Positions 11,053 to 21,087 of a stretch of 36,435 nucleotides of DNA are shown piece by piece. A model generated the notes under the pieces. The model saw only the letters and a program-made list of their open reading frames with translations, did no database searches and had not been told where the DNA came from. Numbering within the stretch: position 1 is the stretch's first letter; each line of letters begins with the position of its first letter. Position numbers and translations under genes: made by a program. The stretch covers positions 1 through 36,435 of the forward strand of contig CAWBNQ010000009.1 of assembly GCA_963790205.1 (NCBI GenBank). The letters are read 5' to 3'. This DNA is from Nitrospirota bacterium (GTDB lineage Bacteria > Nitrospirota > UBA9217).

Positions 11053-12557
11053 GGATGGAAACCCGGTTTTTCCCGCCTTGTTTTGAAACGTACATCGCGT
11101 CGTCTGCGCGCTTGACGAACGAATCTATGTTCTCGCCTTCACGCGCAACGTCCAGTCCGGCGATCCCGATGCTCACGGACATTCGGATATACTTGTCGTC
11201 CTGAAACTGCAGCTTGGTATCTCGAACAGCGGAAAGGAGCTTCTCCGCTAGGTTTTCCGCACTCTTGATCGAGGTCTCCGGCAGCATCGAGCATGAATTC
11301 ATCCCCGCCGTACCTGCCCGCGATATCGGTTTTCCGGAAGATGGTCTTCAGCGTCGCGGAAAGCGCTTGCAAGGCCCGGTCGCCCACGTCGTGTCCGTAG
11401 GAGTCGTTGATCGCCTTAAAATTATCGACGTCGAACAAAATGAGGGCGAGGTCCGAATTATAGCGCTTTGCGCGGTCGATCTCGTAAGCGAGACTGTCGG
11501 TGAGCGCCCTCCGGTTGATCAAACCCGTCAGCATGTCGGTCTTCGAAAGATGTTCCAGTTTTTCTATCAGGCGCCGTTTCTCGTCCTCGGATTTTTTTCG
11601 ATCGGTGATGTCGCGCGTATATTCAATAACGTGAGAAACCGCTCCCCTTTCATCGAGGATGGGATACGTATAGATTTCCATCCAGGTTTCCGTCCCGTCA
11701 TGAAGCACGACCCGTTTGTCCTTGGCACAGGGATCGGCGGAATGATAGGTCTTGCCCACCACGCACCCTTCGCACATACTGTCCCGCCCTTCCAGGACCT
11801 CGTAGCATTTCGCGCCGATCAATTCCTCAACCGGTTTGTTCTTCAGTTGCGCGTAGGCTTGATTCACGCGGATGATCCTAAAGTCGCTGTCGAAAATACA
11901 GAAGGGGTCCCGGATGCTGTCAAAGATGGTATTGAGAAATCGCTCGGAACGCTGCAGACGCTCCTCGCTGCGTTTGCGCCAGGTTATATCGCGGACGATA
12001 CAGACGCGACCTCCGTCTTCGAGCATGGTGATCGACGCCTCCTGGAAATACGTGCTCCCGTTCTTCCTGCGCGCAACCAGCTCCCCCCGCCATCGCTTGC
12101 TCTTTTCCAGCGTGGGCATGATCTGTTGCTGTATCCTCTGATACTCCTGTTCTTCGTATGCGATATCACAGGTCTTGCCGACGATCTCCCGGGGGCCCTC
12201 ATAGCCGTTGACCGCGGCATAGGCCTGGTTCACATAGAGATATTCTCCCGCGTTGTTGTATATGGCGATGCCGTCCATTGAAGATTCCATGGCGGCGGAA
12301 TTTTTATTGAGCTTTTCTTCGGCCTGGTTGCGTTTCGCTACGATATGGGAGATCGTCAGACCGAACAGAATGAAGCATGCCATAAAAAGAGAGCGGAAAT
12401 AGAGCTCATGATGAGACACGTTGAGGAAAAATACGTCGGAGAAGGCGCCCTGCTTGAAGAGGAATGCATCTACCAGCGAATCCATGACCCAGATCGCAAG
12501 GGCGGCAGCCACGGTCACAAGAATGATCTTGCGTTCTAGTTTAATGGTAGCCCCCAC
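11042..12557 (-). CDS. Membrane-anchored PAS-PAS-GGDEF diguanylate cyclase (frameshift ~11289)
   Basis: Two N-terminal TM helices, two PAS/PAC segments (RDITWRK, RDITDRK), DMLTGLINRR, DVDNFKAINDSYGH, RKTD I-site and GRYGGDEF. The C-terminus (SVSIG...ADDAMYVSKQGGKNRV) is in ORF 11042..11302. AGGAGG RBS before GTG. Confidence 0.92.
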
Positions 12558-12613
12558 CCCGACCTCCTGTCCTGCATGCCGTCATGCAAAATATACTCCG
12601 GGAACGAGCGCGT

Positions 12614-14023
12614 TCAGACATTCGTCTTGATGCTGTCTTCCTGGATCCCCAGGACCTTCTCCACGATATCGGCGAGCAGGATGTCGTGGTCGTGGTTCAG
12701 CGTAAATACCCGGCACTGCACTACCCGCGCGGGGATGTAGTCGAAGAAATCCCTGAGCGGCTCTTTTTCCACTTTGCGGGTTGAAGGATTGAAGACGTAG
12801 ATCTGGCGCTCTCCCATCATGAGCGGGTTGACGGGACGCGGGTCCTGGCTGGCCATGTCCACGCGGAATGGCATGTCTTTGATCTTCTGCGGCAGGTTCT
12901 TTTTGATCCGTTTGACGAGCTCCCCGGCATCGATAATGGTCTTCCCTTTTTCAAAGGCCCTCATGGAGAGCGTGACGTCGTACGCCATCTTCCATTTTAC
13001 CTCTCGGGAGAGGATCGTTGCCCACTCGCGGCCGAGCGCCGCAGTGGATCCGTTGTCCCGTGTCCTCCATTTACGGACCGCTTCGAGGAGCGACCAATCG
13101 GTAAGCTCAAGATACTGGGGAAGATTTTCTACCGGATTAAAAGGAAAAAGCGCGGCCATCGTGTCCTTGAACAATTCCTTGAGGTGCTCGTCAATGGCCC
13201 GCGTGGTGCGGTGATAGTAAACGTTCGTGTACAGGTACAGCCGGGCATTCAGGAACATGTTGAGCGCCGTGAGACCGGATTTATGGAGCGTCAACCCCTT
13301 GTCCGTAAAGAACGTATAGTACATGAGCCGCTCTACGTCAACCGCTCCGATAGCGACGCCGCACATGTAGGCGTCTCGCAGCACATAATCGAGATTGTCC
13401 ACGGTGTAGATACCGGAAAGAAGCGGCTGGAGAAAGAGAAGCCAACGCGGTTGTTTGGACGAAGCAACAGCCCCTTTGCCGATGAGGAAGGCGATCTGGT
13501 CCGGGTTCAGCCGTTCGCCCTTGCCGAACTCACCCGTAGGACTTCGACGGACGGCCTTGATGATCTCGGCGAGTTCGGTCTTTATGATATGCTGGCCGAG
13601 CTTTTCGTGCGTCAGTCCGAACTGCTCAAGATAGTTGTCGTCGAAGAAATGGCCGAACGGGCCGTGACCGATGTCGTGGAGCAGCGCGGCGACGCGGAGC
13701 AGCTCCTCGATGAAATGTTCCGAGGGACAGTCGCTGACAGCAGCTTTGAGAGAAGGATAGAGATGGCGCGCGAACTTTCCCGCGAGTTGCATGGCGCCGA
13801 GAGAGTGCTGGAACCTGCTGTGTTCCGCGGAAGGATAGACCCACCGTGCGCTCTGCAGCTGGTATATCTGCCTCAGGCGCTGCATCCACGCCGTGTCGAT
13901 CAGGTCTTTCTCGGTTTTTTCACCAGACGCGCGCGGAGTGGTGAACGTGATATATCCGTGCACCGGATCGCCGAGCAGCGCCGTGCCGTCGTAGAACTCT
14001 TCACCCCTCATGAGCTCACGCAT
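12614..14023 (-). CDS. HD-superfamily phosphohydrolase (COG1078 / SAMHD1-like dNTPase family)
   Basis: DPVHGYI, QRLRQIYQL, VYPSAEHSRFQHSLG, ALLHDIGHGPFGH, DNLDYVLRD, VYYHRT. Confidence 0.9.
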   Translation of the reverse strand: MRELMRGEEFYDGTALLGDPVHGYITFTTPRASGEKTEKDLIDTAWMQRLRQIYQLQSARWVYPSAEHSRFQHSLGAMQLAGKFARHLYPSLKAAVSDCPSEHFIEELLRVAALLHDIGHGPFGHFFDDNYLEQFGLTHEKLGQHIIKTELAEIIKAVRRSPTGEFGKGERLNPDQIAFLIGKGAVASSKQPRWLLFLQPLLSGIYTVDNLDYVLRDAYMCGVAIGAVDVERLMYYTFFTDKGLTLHKSGLTALNMFLNARLYLYTNVYYHRTTRAIDEHLKELFKDTMAALFPFNPVENLPQYLELTDWSLLEAVRKWRTRDNGSTAALGREWATILSREVKWKMAYDVTLSMRAFEKGKTIIDAGELVKRIKKNLPQKIKDMPFRVDMASQDPRPVNPLMMGERQIYVFNPSTRKVEKEPLRDFFDYIPARVVQCRVFTLNHDHDILLADIVEKVLGIQEDSIKTNV

Positions 14024-14029
14024 GGCATG

Positions 14030-14057
14030 ATTATACCGGGAAATATTCTTGAGTCAA
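14030..14057 (-). promoter_or_regulatory. Sigma70-type promoter of the HD gene (probably leaderless transcript)
   Basis: Minus strand: TTGACT, 16 nt, TATAAT, 6 nt, ATG (14023); no SD. Confidence 0.65.
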
Positions 14058-14132
14058 CCCGAAAATGCCTGCGGCGCGGCGGGCAAGGCGCGCCGTGTCG
14101 GCAGGACATCGCACGGGAAATAGGGCAAAATT

Positions 14133-14141
14133 TGATATAAT
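14133..14141 (+). promoter_or_regulatory. Extended -10 promoter candidate of the USP gene
   Basis: TGATATAAT ~57 nt upstream of the ATG; AAGGAG-like RBS present. Confidence 0.5.
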
Positions 14142-14198
14142 CTTAAGAGACATGCGATAGGTAATGAGTTGAGGTAAAGGCGCAGGAAGGAGCGAAAA

Positions 14199-15116
14199 AT
14201 GTCACAACGTTCGATCTTAGTTGCCGACGACATCGAGAACCAGACCGACTCCGGTAAACGACGTTCTCAAGCAGTACGGAAGGCCGCGTCGTTCCTGGCC
14301 CAACGCCTTAAAACGGGCATCGATCTACTGTATGTGGAAGATCTCGAGGCCTACCCCTTAAGCAAGCTCGGTTCATTCCGCTTCCCGGCATGGCACTTTT
14401 CGCACGAGGAACGACTCGAGGACATGGCCGGGCAATTCACTGTCCCCGTTTCCTGTTCGGTGAAAAGCGGTTCCCCGGCAGAGGAAATACTGAAGGTCTT
14501 GCGTTCCCGGCCGTCCCCGGAGCTTGCCGTCGTAGGAACGCAGGGCAGGAAAGGAATGAAACGTTTGCTCATCGGCAGTGTTGCGGAAGAAGTGGTCCGT
14601 CACTCCAGGCGCCCGGTGATGGTGATCGGACCGCTGGCCAAGGGCCTCTCCCGTCAGAAGCAGCTTAAATTGCTCGTACCGACCGACCTCGGGAAGAACA
14701 GCCGGGCAGCCGAGCATTATGCGCTCTCTCTTGCAACACGCATGGGAGCAAAGGTGACCCTGTTCCATTGCCTGTGGGACAGCATCAATGCGATCATGGT
14801 CAATACCGCGTACGCCGCGATGGCGGCGTTCAATATCAGTGAACTTATCGACGAGTCGCGGGAAGACGCCGTTGACGTCATGAAGCAGAAAACCGATTTT
14901 TTCCGGAAACACGGCGTAGCATGCGACTATAAGGTCGAAGACGAGGCGGTGACGTCAACATGCGCCGTGTCCCAGGAAAGTGACAGAGGCTATTCGGTCG
15001 TGGTCATGGGAACTCACGGAAGGAACGCGATGCTCAATGCTTTTTTCGGGAGCACGGCCCGGGAAACGATCTTGAACGCGTCGATCCCGGTCATCATCGT
15101 GCATTCCGGGACCTGA
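14199..15116 (+). CDS. Universal stress protein, tandem USP domains
   Basis: Two USP motifs: VVGTQGRKGMKRLLIGSVAEEVVRHSRRPVMVI and VVMGTHGRNAMLNAFFGSTARETILNASIPVIIV. Confidence 0.93.
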   Translation: MSQRSILVADDIENQTDSGKRRSQAVRKAASFLAQRLKTGIDLLYVEDLEAYPLSKLGSFRFPAWHFSHEERLEDMAGQFTVPVSCSVKSGSPAEEILKVLRSRPSPELAVVGTQGRKGMKRLLIGSVAEEVVRHSRRPVMVIGPLAKGLSRQKQLKLLVPTDLGKNSRAAEHYALSLATRMGAKVTLFHCLWDSINAIMVNTAYAAMAAFNISELIDESREDAVDVMKQKTDFFRKHGVACDYKVEDEAVTSTCAVSQESDRGYSVVVMGTHGRNAMLNAFFGSTARETILNASIPVIIVHSGT

Positions 15117-15147
15117 GGATTATCGTGCGCGCCCGGCCTATCAAGGA

Positions 15148-15667
15148 TCATCGCAAGATATACGCCTTGGCGCCTGCCTCCAGTGCGTAATAGATCGACA
15201 GAAAATCTTTTTTCGTCAACGAAAAACGCAGCACACTCGCATCAAGCCTCGCCGACGGCGCTCTCTTGCCCTGCAGTATGAGATCATTTCCGAAGAGGAG
15301 TGCGTTTCGCTCTTTCGGGCCCTCGATCTTTTTGGTCAGTGCAATGGCGCCTCGCGCCGGCATGCCGGCTCTTCCCTGACTGAAGCGTGAAGTGAAAGTC
15401 CCTCAGCACGCGATTTTTATACTTCAGCTGGCCAGTCCGCGCAGTGATGTTGATGACCAGGTACTTTGAATCCGAGGCGTACATCGTCTTCTGAAAGAGC
15501 AGGTAGTCCTGCTCCTGCGTGAGCGTATCGATCTTCGCACTCAGCTGTTTTTGCTGCTCAACAAGCGCCGGTTCGCCGATCCCCTGTTCCCCATTTTCCA
15601 TCCCCATAAGAAACAACGAGGCCGTCATTAGAACGAGTGACAAGAGATATTTGCGTAAACTCTGCAA
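15148..15667 (-). CDS. Exported coiled-coil protein with a degenerate YkuD/L,D-transpeptidase-like domain (frameshift ~15370)
   Basis: ORFs 15284..15667 and 15148..15363 join. Signal peptide, coiled coil, YLVINITARTGQLKYKNRVL and C-terminal DFLSIYYALEAGAKAYI parallel the neighbouring YkuD protein; the catalytic H/C are absent. Confidence 0.6.
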
Positions 15668-15672
15668 GCTTC

Positions 15673-15772
15673 ACCCCGTTAGAGTTTTAGTACTGACACT
15701 ATAATTCTCTACCCCGTTATTCATCCACGTCGACTGGTGTTAATCCCCGCAATGATGAAACTCTAACGGGGT
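15673..15772. repeat. 100-bp MITE/REP-like element with 15-bp perfect terminal inverted repeats
   Basis: ACCCCGTTAGAGTTT (15673-15687) and AAACTCTAACGGGGT (15758-15772); internal partial copy ACCCCGTTA at 15711-15719. Confidence 0.75.
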
Positions 15773-16449
15773 TAATAGATATACACCTTGGTCCCGATCT
15801 TCACCGTTCGGTACAGCGTTTCCAGGTCCTTGTCCCCCACGGACACACATCCGTGGGTAAAGTGCGTCCCCAGAAGGCTGGTCCATTTGGTCCCATGGAT
15901 CTTGTAGCCGTTTCCGAGCAGGAGGGCGTACTTGCCCAATACGTCCCGCACGATCCGGTCCGGGTCGTTCTCGTCTGGCACCGGCATGTTCTCTTCCACA
16001 TAGGACCAGTCCGGCCTGATCCAGACGGGATTGCGCTCTTTGCCGAGGACCGTAAGCGAACCGGTGGGGCTCTCGAAATACCAGTTCCGGCCGGTCTCCT
16101 CCTTGACGGATTGTCGGCTGCCGGTCCCCACTTTCGTCGTCAGCAAGACATCCGTGCCCTGCCTCATCGTGAGCCGGTTGTCCTCCGTATCAACGACAAG
16201 GTAGACGTCATTCGTATCCCATTCCTTGAGCATGCTTCTGAGCCCCTGGTTCTCTTCCTCCAGTTGAGCGGCCTCCTGCTCCAAGACATGAATTTTTGAG
16301 CGAAGCTCCTCGACCGAAGACATGAGGGGATCGGTTCCGGCCCAACCAGCTGAATATGAGCCGAGCAGGAATGTCACAACAAGAACGATGCCGGCCGTCC
16401 TCAGGCCCTTTTGTTTTTCACAGAGCATTCTGAGCTTCTTATTCCTCAT
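15772..16449 (-). CDS. L,D-transpeptidase (YkuD family) with N-terminal signal and coiled coil
   Basis: YLVVDT, KVGTG, SPTG, NPVWIRPDW, YKIHGT...THGCV catalytic HxxxxGC motif, GTKVYIY. Confidence 0.9.
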   Translation of the reverse strand: MRNKKLRMLCEKQKGLRTAGIVLVVTFLLGSYSAGWAGTDPLMSSVEELRSKIHVLEQEAAQLEEENQGLRSMLKEWDTNDVYLVVDTEDNRLTMRQGTDVLLTTKVGTGSRQSVKEETGRNWYFESPTGSLTVLGKERNPVWIRPDWSYVEENMPVPDENDPDRIVRDVLGKYALLLGNGYKIHGTKWTSLLGTHFTHGCVSVGDKDLETLYRTVKIGTKVYIY

Positions 16450-17815
16450 TTAAAAATATCTTCCCGGGGTTCAGGATATTGTTCGGATCGAGCGTATGCT
16501 TGATCTTCCGCATAACGCCCAGAGCGCCCGGCCCCAGTTCCAGGGAAAGGTAGGCCGCCTTGGACAAACCGATGCCGTGTTCTCCTGTGATGCTTCCGCC
16601 GAGATACAGGGTTGCCTCGAAGATCTCTTTTACCGCTGTTTCGACGCGAGCGGCCTCCGGCTCGTCAAACATGATGTTCGTATGAATATTGCCGTCGCCG
16701 GCATGGCCGAAATTCACGATCAAAAGGTCATTGCGCTTTGCGATCTTGTCGATCGCACGCAGGATATCGGGGATCTTGCTTCGCGGCACCACGATGTCTT
16801 CATTCGCTTTTTTCGACTTGATGGTATACAACGCCGGGGAAATGGCCCGACGGGCCTTCCATATCTGTTCCCGTTCAACGTCCGTCTCGGCCCTCGTGAC
16901 CCGCGTGGCCTTGGCCCGGGTCACGATTTCCTCCACGCGCCCGATGTCGCGCGCCGTCGACTCGACCGGCCCGTCTACTTCTACGATCAGCATGGCTGCC
17001 GCGCCGCTTGACAGGTCCTGCTTCAGATAGCTTTCTGCGGCGCGGAGAGCGGCCTGGTCTACGAGTTCGAGCGCGCGCGGAAGCATACGGTTCGCGATGA
17101 TGCTCGATGCGGCGATTGCGGCGTTCTCGACGGTATCGAAAAAAGCGGAGAGCGTGCGAACGCTTTCAGGCAGGGGGAGCAGTCGTACGATGATCTTGGT
17201 CGCGATGCCGAGGGTGCCCTCGGAGCCGACCATGAGCTTTGTCAGGTCATAGCCCGCCACGCTTTTCGCGGTGCGCGCGCCCGTGCGGATGATCTCTCCC
17301 GTGGGCAGCACGACCTCGAGCCCCAGCACGTAGTCCTTGGTGACCCCGTACTTCACGGCGCGGAGACCGCCCGCGCACTCGGCCACGTTGCCGCCCATGG
17401 TGCAGAATTGATGGCTGGCAGGGTCCGGCGGGTAGAACAGCCCTCGTTTCTCGACCTCGCGCTGCAGGTCGCCGGTCACGACGCCGGGCTCCACCACGGC
17501 GATCAGGTTTTCCTCATCGATCTCGAGGATGCGGTTCATGCGCTCGAAGGAAAGGACGAGGCCGCCCTGGACCGGGACCGAGCCGCCGGACATCCCGGTC
17601 CCTGCCCCGCGCGGGACCACGGGGAAGCGCTCGCGGTTCGCGAGGATAAGGATCTTTGAGACCTCTTGCGCCGCGGCCGGGCGCGCCACGGCCCACGGGA
17701 GGGACTCCCTTTGCGTGGCATCGTAGGAATAGACGACGAGTTCTTCGGGAGAAGTGTACAGGTTGTCGGGACCGACGATGTTCTTCAGTTCTGTGACGAC
17801 AGATGGCTTAAGCAT
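16439..17815 (-). CDS. glcD: FAD-linked oxidase, glycolate oxidase GlcD / D-lactate dehydrogenase family
   Basis: VPRGAGTGMSGGSVP, FYPPDPAS, KYGVTKDYVLGLEVV, GHAGDGNIH, GEHGIG, DPNNILNPGK. Confidence 0.85.
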   Translation of the reverse strand: MLKPSVVTELKNIVGPDNLYTSPEELVVYSYDATQRESLPWAVARPAAAQEVSKILILANRERFPVVPRGAGTGMSGGSVPVQGGLVLSFERMNRILEIDEENLIAVVEPGVVTGDLQREVEKRGLFYPPDPASHQFCTMGGNVAECAGGLRAVKYGVTKDYVLGLEVVLPTGEIIRTGARTAKSVAGYDLTKLMVGSEGTLGIATKIIVRLLPLPESVRTLSAFFDTVENAAIAASSIIANRMLPRALELVDQAALRAAESYLKQDLSSGAAAMLIVEVDGPVESTARDIGRVEEIVTRAKATRVTRAETDVEREQIWKARRAISPALYTIKSKKANEDIVVPRSKIPDILRAIDKIAKRNDLLIVNFGHAGDGNIHTNIMFDEPEAARVETAVKEIFEATLYLGGSITGEHGIGLSKAAYLSLELGPGALGVMRKIKHTLDPNNILNPGKIFLNEE

Positions 17816-19391
17816 ATACGCGATAATCGATATCCGGGAATATATTGTCTTTGTATTCTATATCCCCGAGCCATCCCTCGTCAATACGATTTCCTCTGAT
17901 ATCGTCGTACAACCTGGTGAAGCGGAGCACGTGGTCCCTGGTCCTCTTGACGGCGTATTCGACATGGCTGCCGGTCTTGAGGATGAAGGCCCAGTCCGAG
18001 CTCTGCGCCAGGAGCAGCTCCCGCGAAGCCTGGTTCAGCGCCCGCAGAAGGAGCCCCTCGGCCTGCGGGAAAGATTCGGCCAGCTCGACCATGCGGTCGG
18101 CGGCCTTGTGCAGGTGACGGTAGATCCAGTCGTTCGATCCGTCGAGCCAGACCTCTGAGTATCCCTTGTAGCCCCAGCTCGACATGGACGGGTTCGCAAC
18201 CTGACATTTCGGGTTCTCAGCAAGATATTCCGTCGGCGTGATCAGGCGCACGGTCTTTTGGTCGTACACGGTCTTCCGGATCAGGAAGTTGATCCAGTCC
18301 GGCCCCTCGAACCACCAGTGGCCGTAGAGTTCGGCGTCATACGGGGCAACGATGATCGGCTTCCGATCATTGAAGATGCCGGAAAGCCACTCGACCTGCT
18401 TTTCTCGGTTGAAAAGGAAATTGCCGGCATGAGCGGCGGCGCGATCGAGCGCCCATTGCCGGACATAGGGATCTTTGTGGTCCGTCTCGCCCGTGATCTT
18501 GTGGTACTTGATCCCGAGGTTCACGCGCACGCCGTCGGGATGGAGGTAGGGCTTGACGTACTCGTAGTCCAGATCGAAGCCGACATCGCGGTAGAATTCG
18601 CGGTAGTTGTAATCACCGGGGTAGCCTTCCACCGAGCTCCAGACCTGTTTCGACGATTCGAGGTCCCTGCCGAACGCGGCCACGCCGGATTTTTTGCAGT
18701 AGATCGGCGCGTAGACCCCGTATTTCGGCCGCGGCGATGCGTGGAACAGGCCGTGCGAATCCGTAAAGAAGTAGCGGATGCCCGCCTCGTGCAGGATCTC
18801 ATCGAGACCCTCGTAGTATCCGCACTCCGGCAGCCAGATCCCTTTCGGCGCCCTGCCGAGGTGTTTTTCGTGCTGCTCCACGGCGACCATGATCTGCGCG
18901 CGCACGGCCTTCTGGTTCAGCATGAGGGGAAGGAACCCGTGCGTGGCGCTGCAGGTGATGATCTCGAGCTTGCCCAGGTCCTGGAACTTTTTGAACGCGG
19001 TCACGAGGTTGCGGCCGTACTTTTCCTCGAACACGGAAAGGGCGTTCTTGAACATGCCGAGGTACATGTGCGCGATGGGATTGAACTCGGGCTGGTTCGC
19101 GGTCCTCGTGACCTCTTTTTCCGCAAGCTCGATCAGCTTCGTGATATGCCGGACATAGCGCTGCTGGAGCAGCGGGTCCGTCAGCATGGCAATGAGTGTC
19201 GGGGTCAGGCTCATGGTGATGCGGAAGTCGACGCCGTCGTTCACCAATCCTTCGAACACATTGATGATCGGTATATAGGTCTCGGTGATCGCCTCGTACA
19301 ACCAGTCTTCCTCGAGGAATCGGTCGTGCTCCGGATGCCGTACAAACGGCAAGTGACTGTGGAGCACCAACGCAAGGTAGCCTTTTTCCAT
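17808..19391 (-). CDS. GH57 1,4-alpha-glucan branching enzyme (DUF1957-containing)
   Basis: LVLHSHLPFV, EAITETYIP, GIWLPECGY (nucleophile), PYDAELYGHWWFEG (acid/base), LLAQSSDWAF. Start moved to ATG 19391 (GGGAGG RBS). Confidence 0.92.
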   Translation of the reverse strand: MEKGYLALVLHSHLPFVRHPEHDRFLEEDWLYEAITETYIPIINVFEGLVNDGVDFRITMSLTPTLIAMLTDPLLQQRYVRHITKLIELAEKEVTRTANQPEFNPIAHMYLGMFKNALSVFEEKYGRNLVTAFKKFQDLGKLEIITCSATHGFLPLMLNQKAVRAQIMVAVEQHEKHLGRAPKGIWLPECGYYEGLDEILHEAGIRYFFTDSHGLFHASPRPKYGVYAPIYCKKSGVAAFGRDLESSKQVWSSVEGYPGDYNYREFYRDVGFDLDYEYVKPYLHPDGVRVNLGIKYHKITGETDHKDPYVRQWALDRAAAHAGNFLFNREKQVEWLSGIFNDRKPIIVAPYDAELYGHWWFEGPDWINFLIRKTVYDQKTVRLITPTEYLAENPKCQVANPSMSSWGYKGYSEVWLDGSNDWIYRHLHKAADRMVELAESFPQAEGLLLRALNQASRELLLAQSSDWAFILKTGSHVEYAVKRTRDHVLRFTRLYDDIRGNRIDEGWLGDIEYKDNIFPDIDYRVYA

Positions 19392-19585
19392 CTTTTTTTC
19401 TGTTCCTCCCGGCTTCACAACGGATGCAGGGCTCACGATGTCTTCGGTATCCTTGATAGTACTATCCTCCATGATCTTCTGCGAGAGCGCGCCGGCGAAC
19501 TACAAAATAAAAGTCCATCCACAAAAGGATGGACTTCTCAAATTTCGTTGCCGCGCACTGTCCCCGCGACGCGGGTCCCCGCTCC

Positions 19586-20455
19586 CTACTTCCTCTTCGC
19601 ACGCGCAAATGTGCCGGGCGAAGTGATCTGTTGAGTGCGCCTGCGTTTGATCATTTCCTGCATCTGCGGCGAGGATGGGCCGCCCGGGAATCCGTAGAGT
19701 TTCCAGAACTCCTCATCCACGAGCATCCACTCCTCATCAAGCACATCGGACACGCCGTCCCGCGGCATCGCGATATAGTTCGATCTCGCCATGGTAAGGA
19801 ATCTTCCCTCAGGCGAAAGAAGGCCAAGGTCCGCAACGAACGAATGCGAAGGCCGCCCAACGTCGAAATACCAGGCGCCCAGACTCTCGAACACCTCCTG
19901 GTCGAAATACCCGAGGGCGTTCCTGCCGTCGAACTGGACGCCGGTTATGTCGTAGATGCGCACGGAGAGCTTGCTGTTCCACCCGAACCATGCCTTCTCC
20001 CGCTCGATACGCGCGGGCGTCACTTCCCAGTAGGCGTGGACGAGATACGGGTCCCGTACCATGAGCGCGATCTTGTCTTCGCCGTAGCCGGCGGGAAGCG
20101 CTTCATAGGGAGGGCCCGGACGATGTTCTTTCACCGGTCCGGTATAATACTTTGCCTCGGACACGCGCTCCTGCGCCATAAGCGGCTCCTCGGCTCCCGG
20201 CGGCAGTTTCCATTCGCGCACCGGCGCGGTTGCCGGAGCTTTCGCCGGTCTCCGAGCGGGCGCGCGCTTGGGCGCAGCAGGCTTCCGAGAGAGAGAGGCT
20301 TTTTTTACAACCGTCTTCTTTTTCGCCAGTGTGGGTGCTGATAATGCTTTAACGATATCTGCCTTTTTGGCCCCAGCGGGCAAGACAACTTTCATCTTCT
20401 TGGCCAGGGCTTTGAGTTCATTTACTGCCATTGCGGTCAGTTCTGATTTTTTCAT
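19586..20455 (-). CDS. DUF4912 domain protein with N-terminal Rho_N-like helix
   Basis: MAVNELKALAKKM...KKADIV N-terminus, Lys/Ala/Pro linker, LPAGYGEDKIALMVRDP...AYWEV, ARSN...PR; typical neighbour of GH57 branching enzymes. Confidence 0.85.
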   Translation of the reverse strand: MKKSELTAMAVNELKALAKKMKVVLPAGAKKADIVKALSAPTLAKKKTVVKKASLSRKPAAPKRAPARRPAKAPATAPVREWKLPPGAEEPLMAQERVSEAKYYTGPVKEHRPGPPYEALPAGYGEDKIALMVRDPYLVHAYWEVTPARIEREKAWFGWNSKLSVRIYDITGVQFDGRNALGYFDQEVFESLGAWYFDVGRPSHSFVADLGLLSPEGRFLTMARSNYIAMPRDGVSDVLDEEWMLVDEEFWKLYGFPGGPSSPQMQEMIKRRRTQQITSPGTFARAKRK

Positions 20456-20501
20456 GCTCAAACCCCCTTCCTGAAGCGATTAAGTGTCAACTCACCTTTA
20501 A

Positions 20502-20529
20502 AATATAGCATAAAACAGGCCATTGTCAA
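20502..20529 (-). promoter_or_regulatory. Sigma70-type promoter candidate for the DUF4912-GH57-glcD-ldt run
   Basis: Minus strand: TTGACA, 16 nt (ending TGC), TATATT. Confidence 0.55.
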
Positions 20530-20585
20530 ACTTAATCCAGGACCTAAATAATCGTAATCGCACGGCAAAGCTGCAAACCCCTATC

Positions 20586-20792
20586 TCGCGCAAAGCCGCG
20601 CCCTGCACTCGCGCTAAGCACTCGTATTCGCTGGGTGCAGGCAAAGTACGCAAAGAAAAAAAGCATCAGAGGCATGTAAACGGTCTTAGGCATTCAGATG
20701 CAAAGTCTAACATCAATTATTTTAATTCTATTCTTACGGCCAGCAGTTTTTTTAGGTTCATCCTTTCTTTGCGGCTTTGCGTCTCTGCGCGA
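20586..20792. repeat. Intergenic inverted repeat of CGCAAAG-type units, with a second small hairpin element nested in the left arm
   Basis: Left arm TCGCGCAAAGCCGC...AAAGTACGCAAAGAAA pairs with right arm TTTCTTTGCGGCTTTGCGTCTCTGCGCGA (20764-20792); insert CCTGCAC...GTGCAGG at 20602-20641. Confidence 0.65.
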
Positions 20793-21087
20793 ACATGCTT
20801 TTTCATTGAGGATACGCAGTCCTTTATCTATGTATGGCAATAAAGTAATTTCGACTAGAATGCAAAAGAAAAAATAAATATACGACAGACATTACAACCA
20901 CTCTCGGTCTCATAGGGAGCAACGCTACCTCCGACCGATAAGCGCCCATTCTGCACAGTTTAACAATTGCTAACCCGTGGCGCATAGATAATTCCTGTTG
21001 ACATCGCGCAGGAGAATAACTAAACTAGTGATTCATCCTAGAGGCATTTCTCACCTTGCCACGTCAGAATTATCCGGAGGCCAGTCC

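Noticed and set aside
20530..21000. Riboswitch or ncRNA (e.g. c-di-GMP-I, because of GCAAA motifs)
   Set aside because: The GCAAAG units are explained by the inverted-repeat element, and I could not build the two-stem riboswitch fold; an Rfam cmscan would settle it
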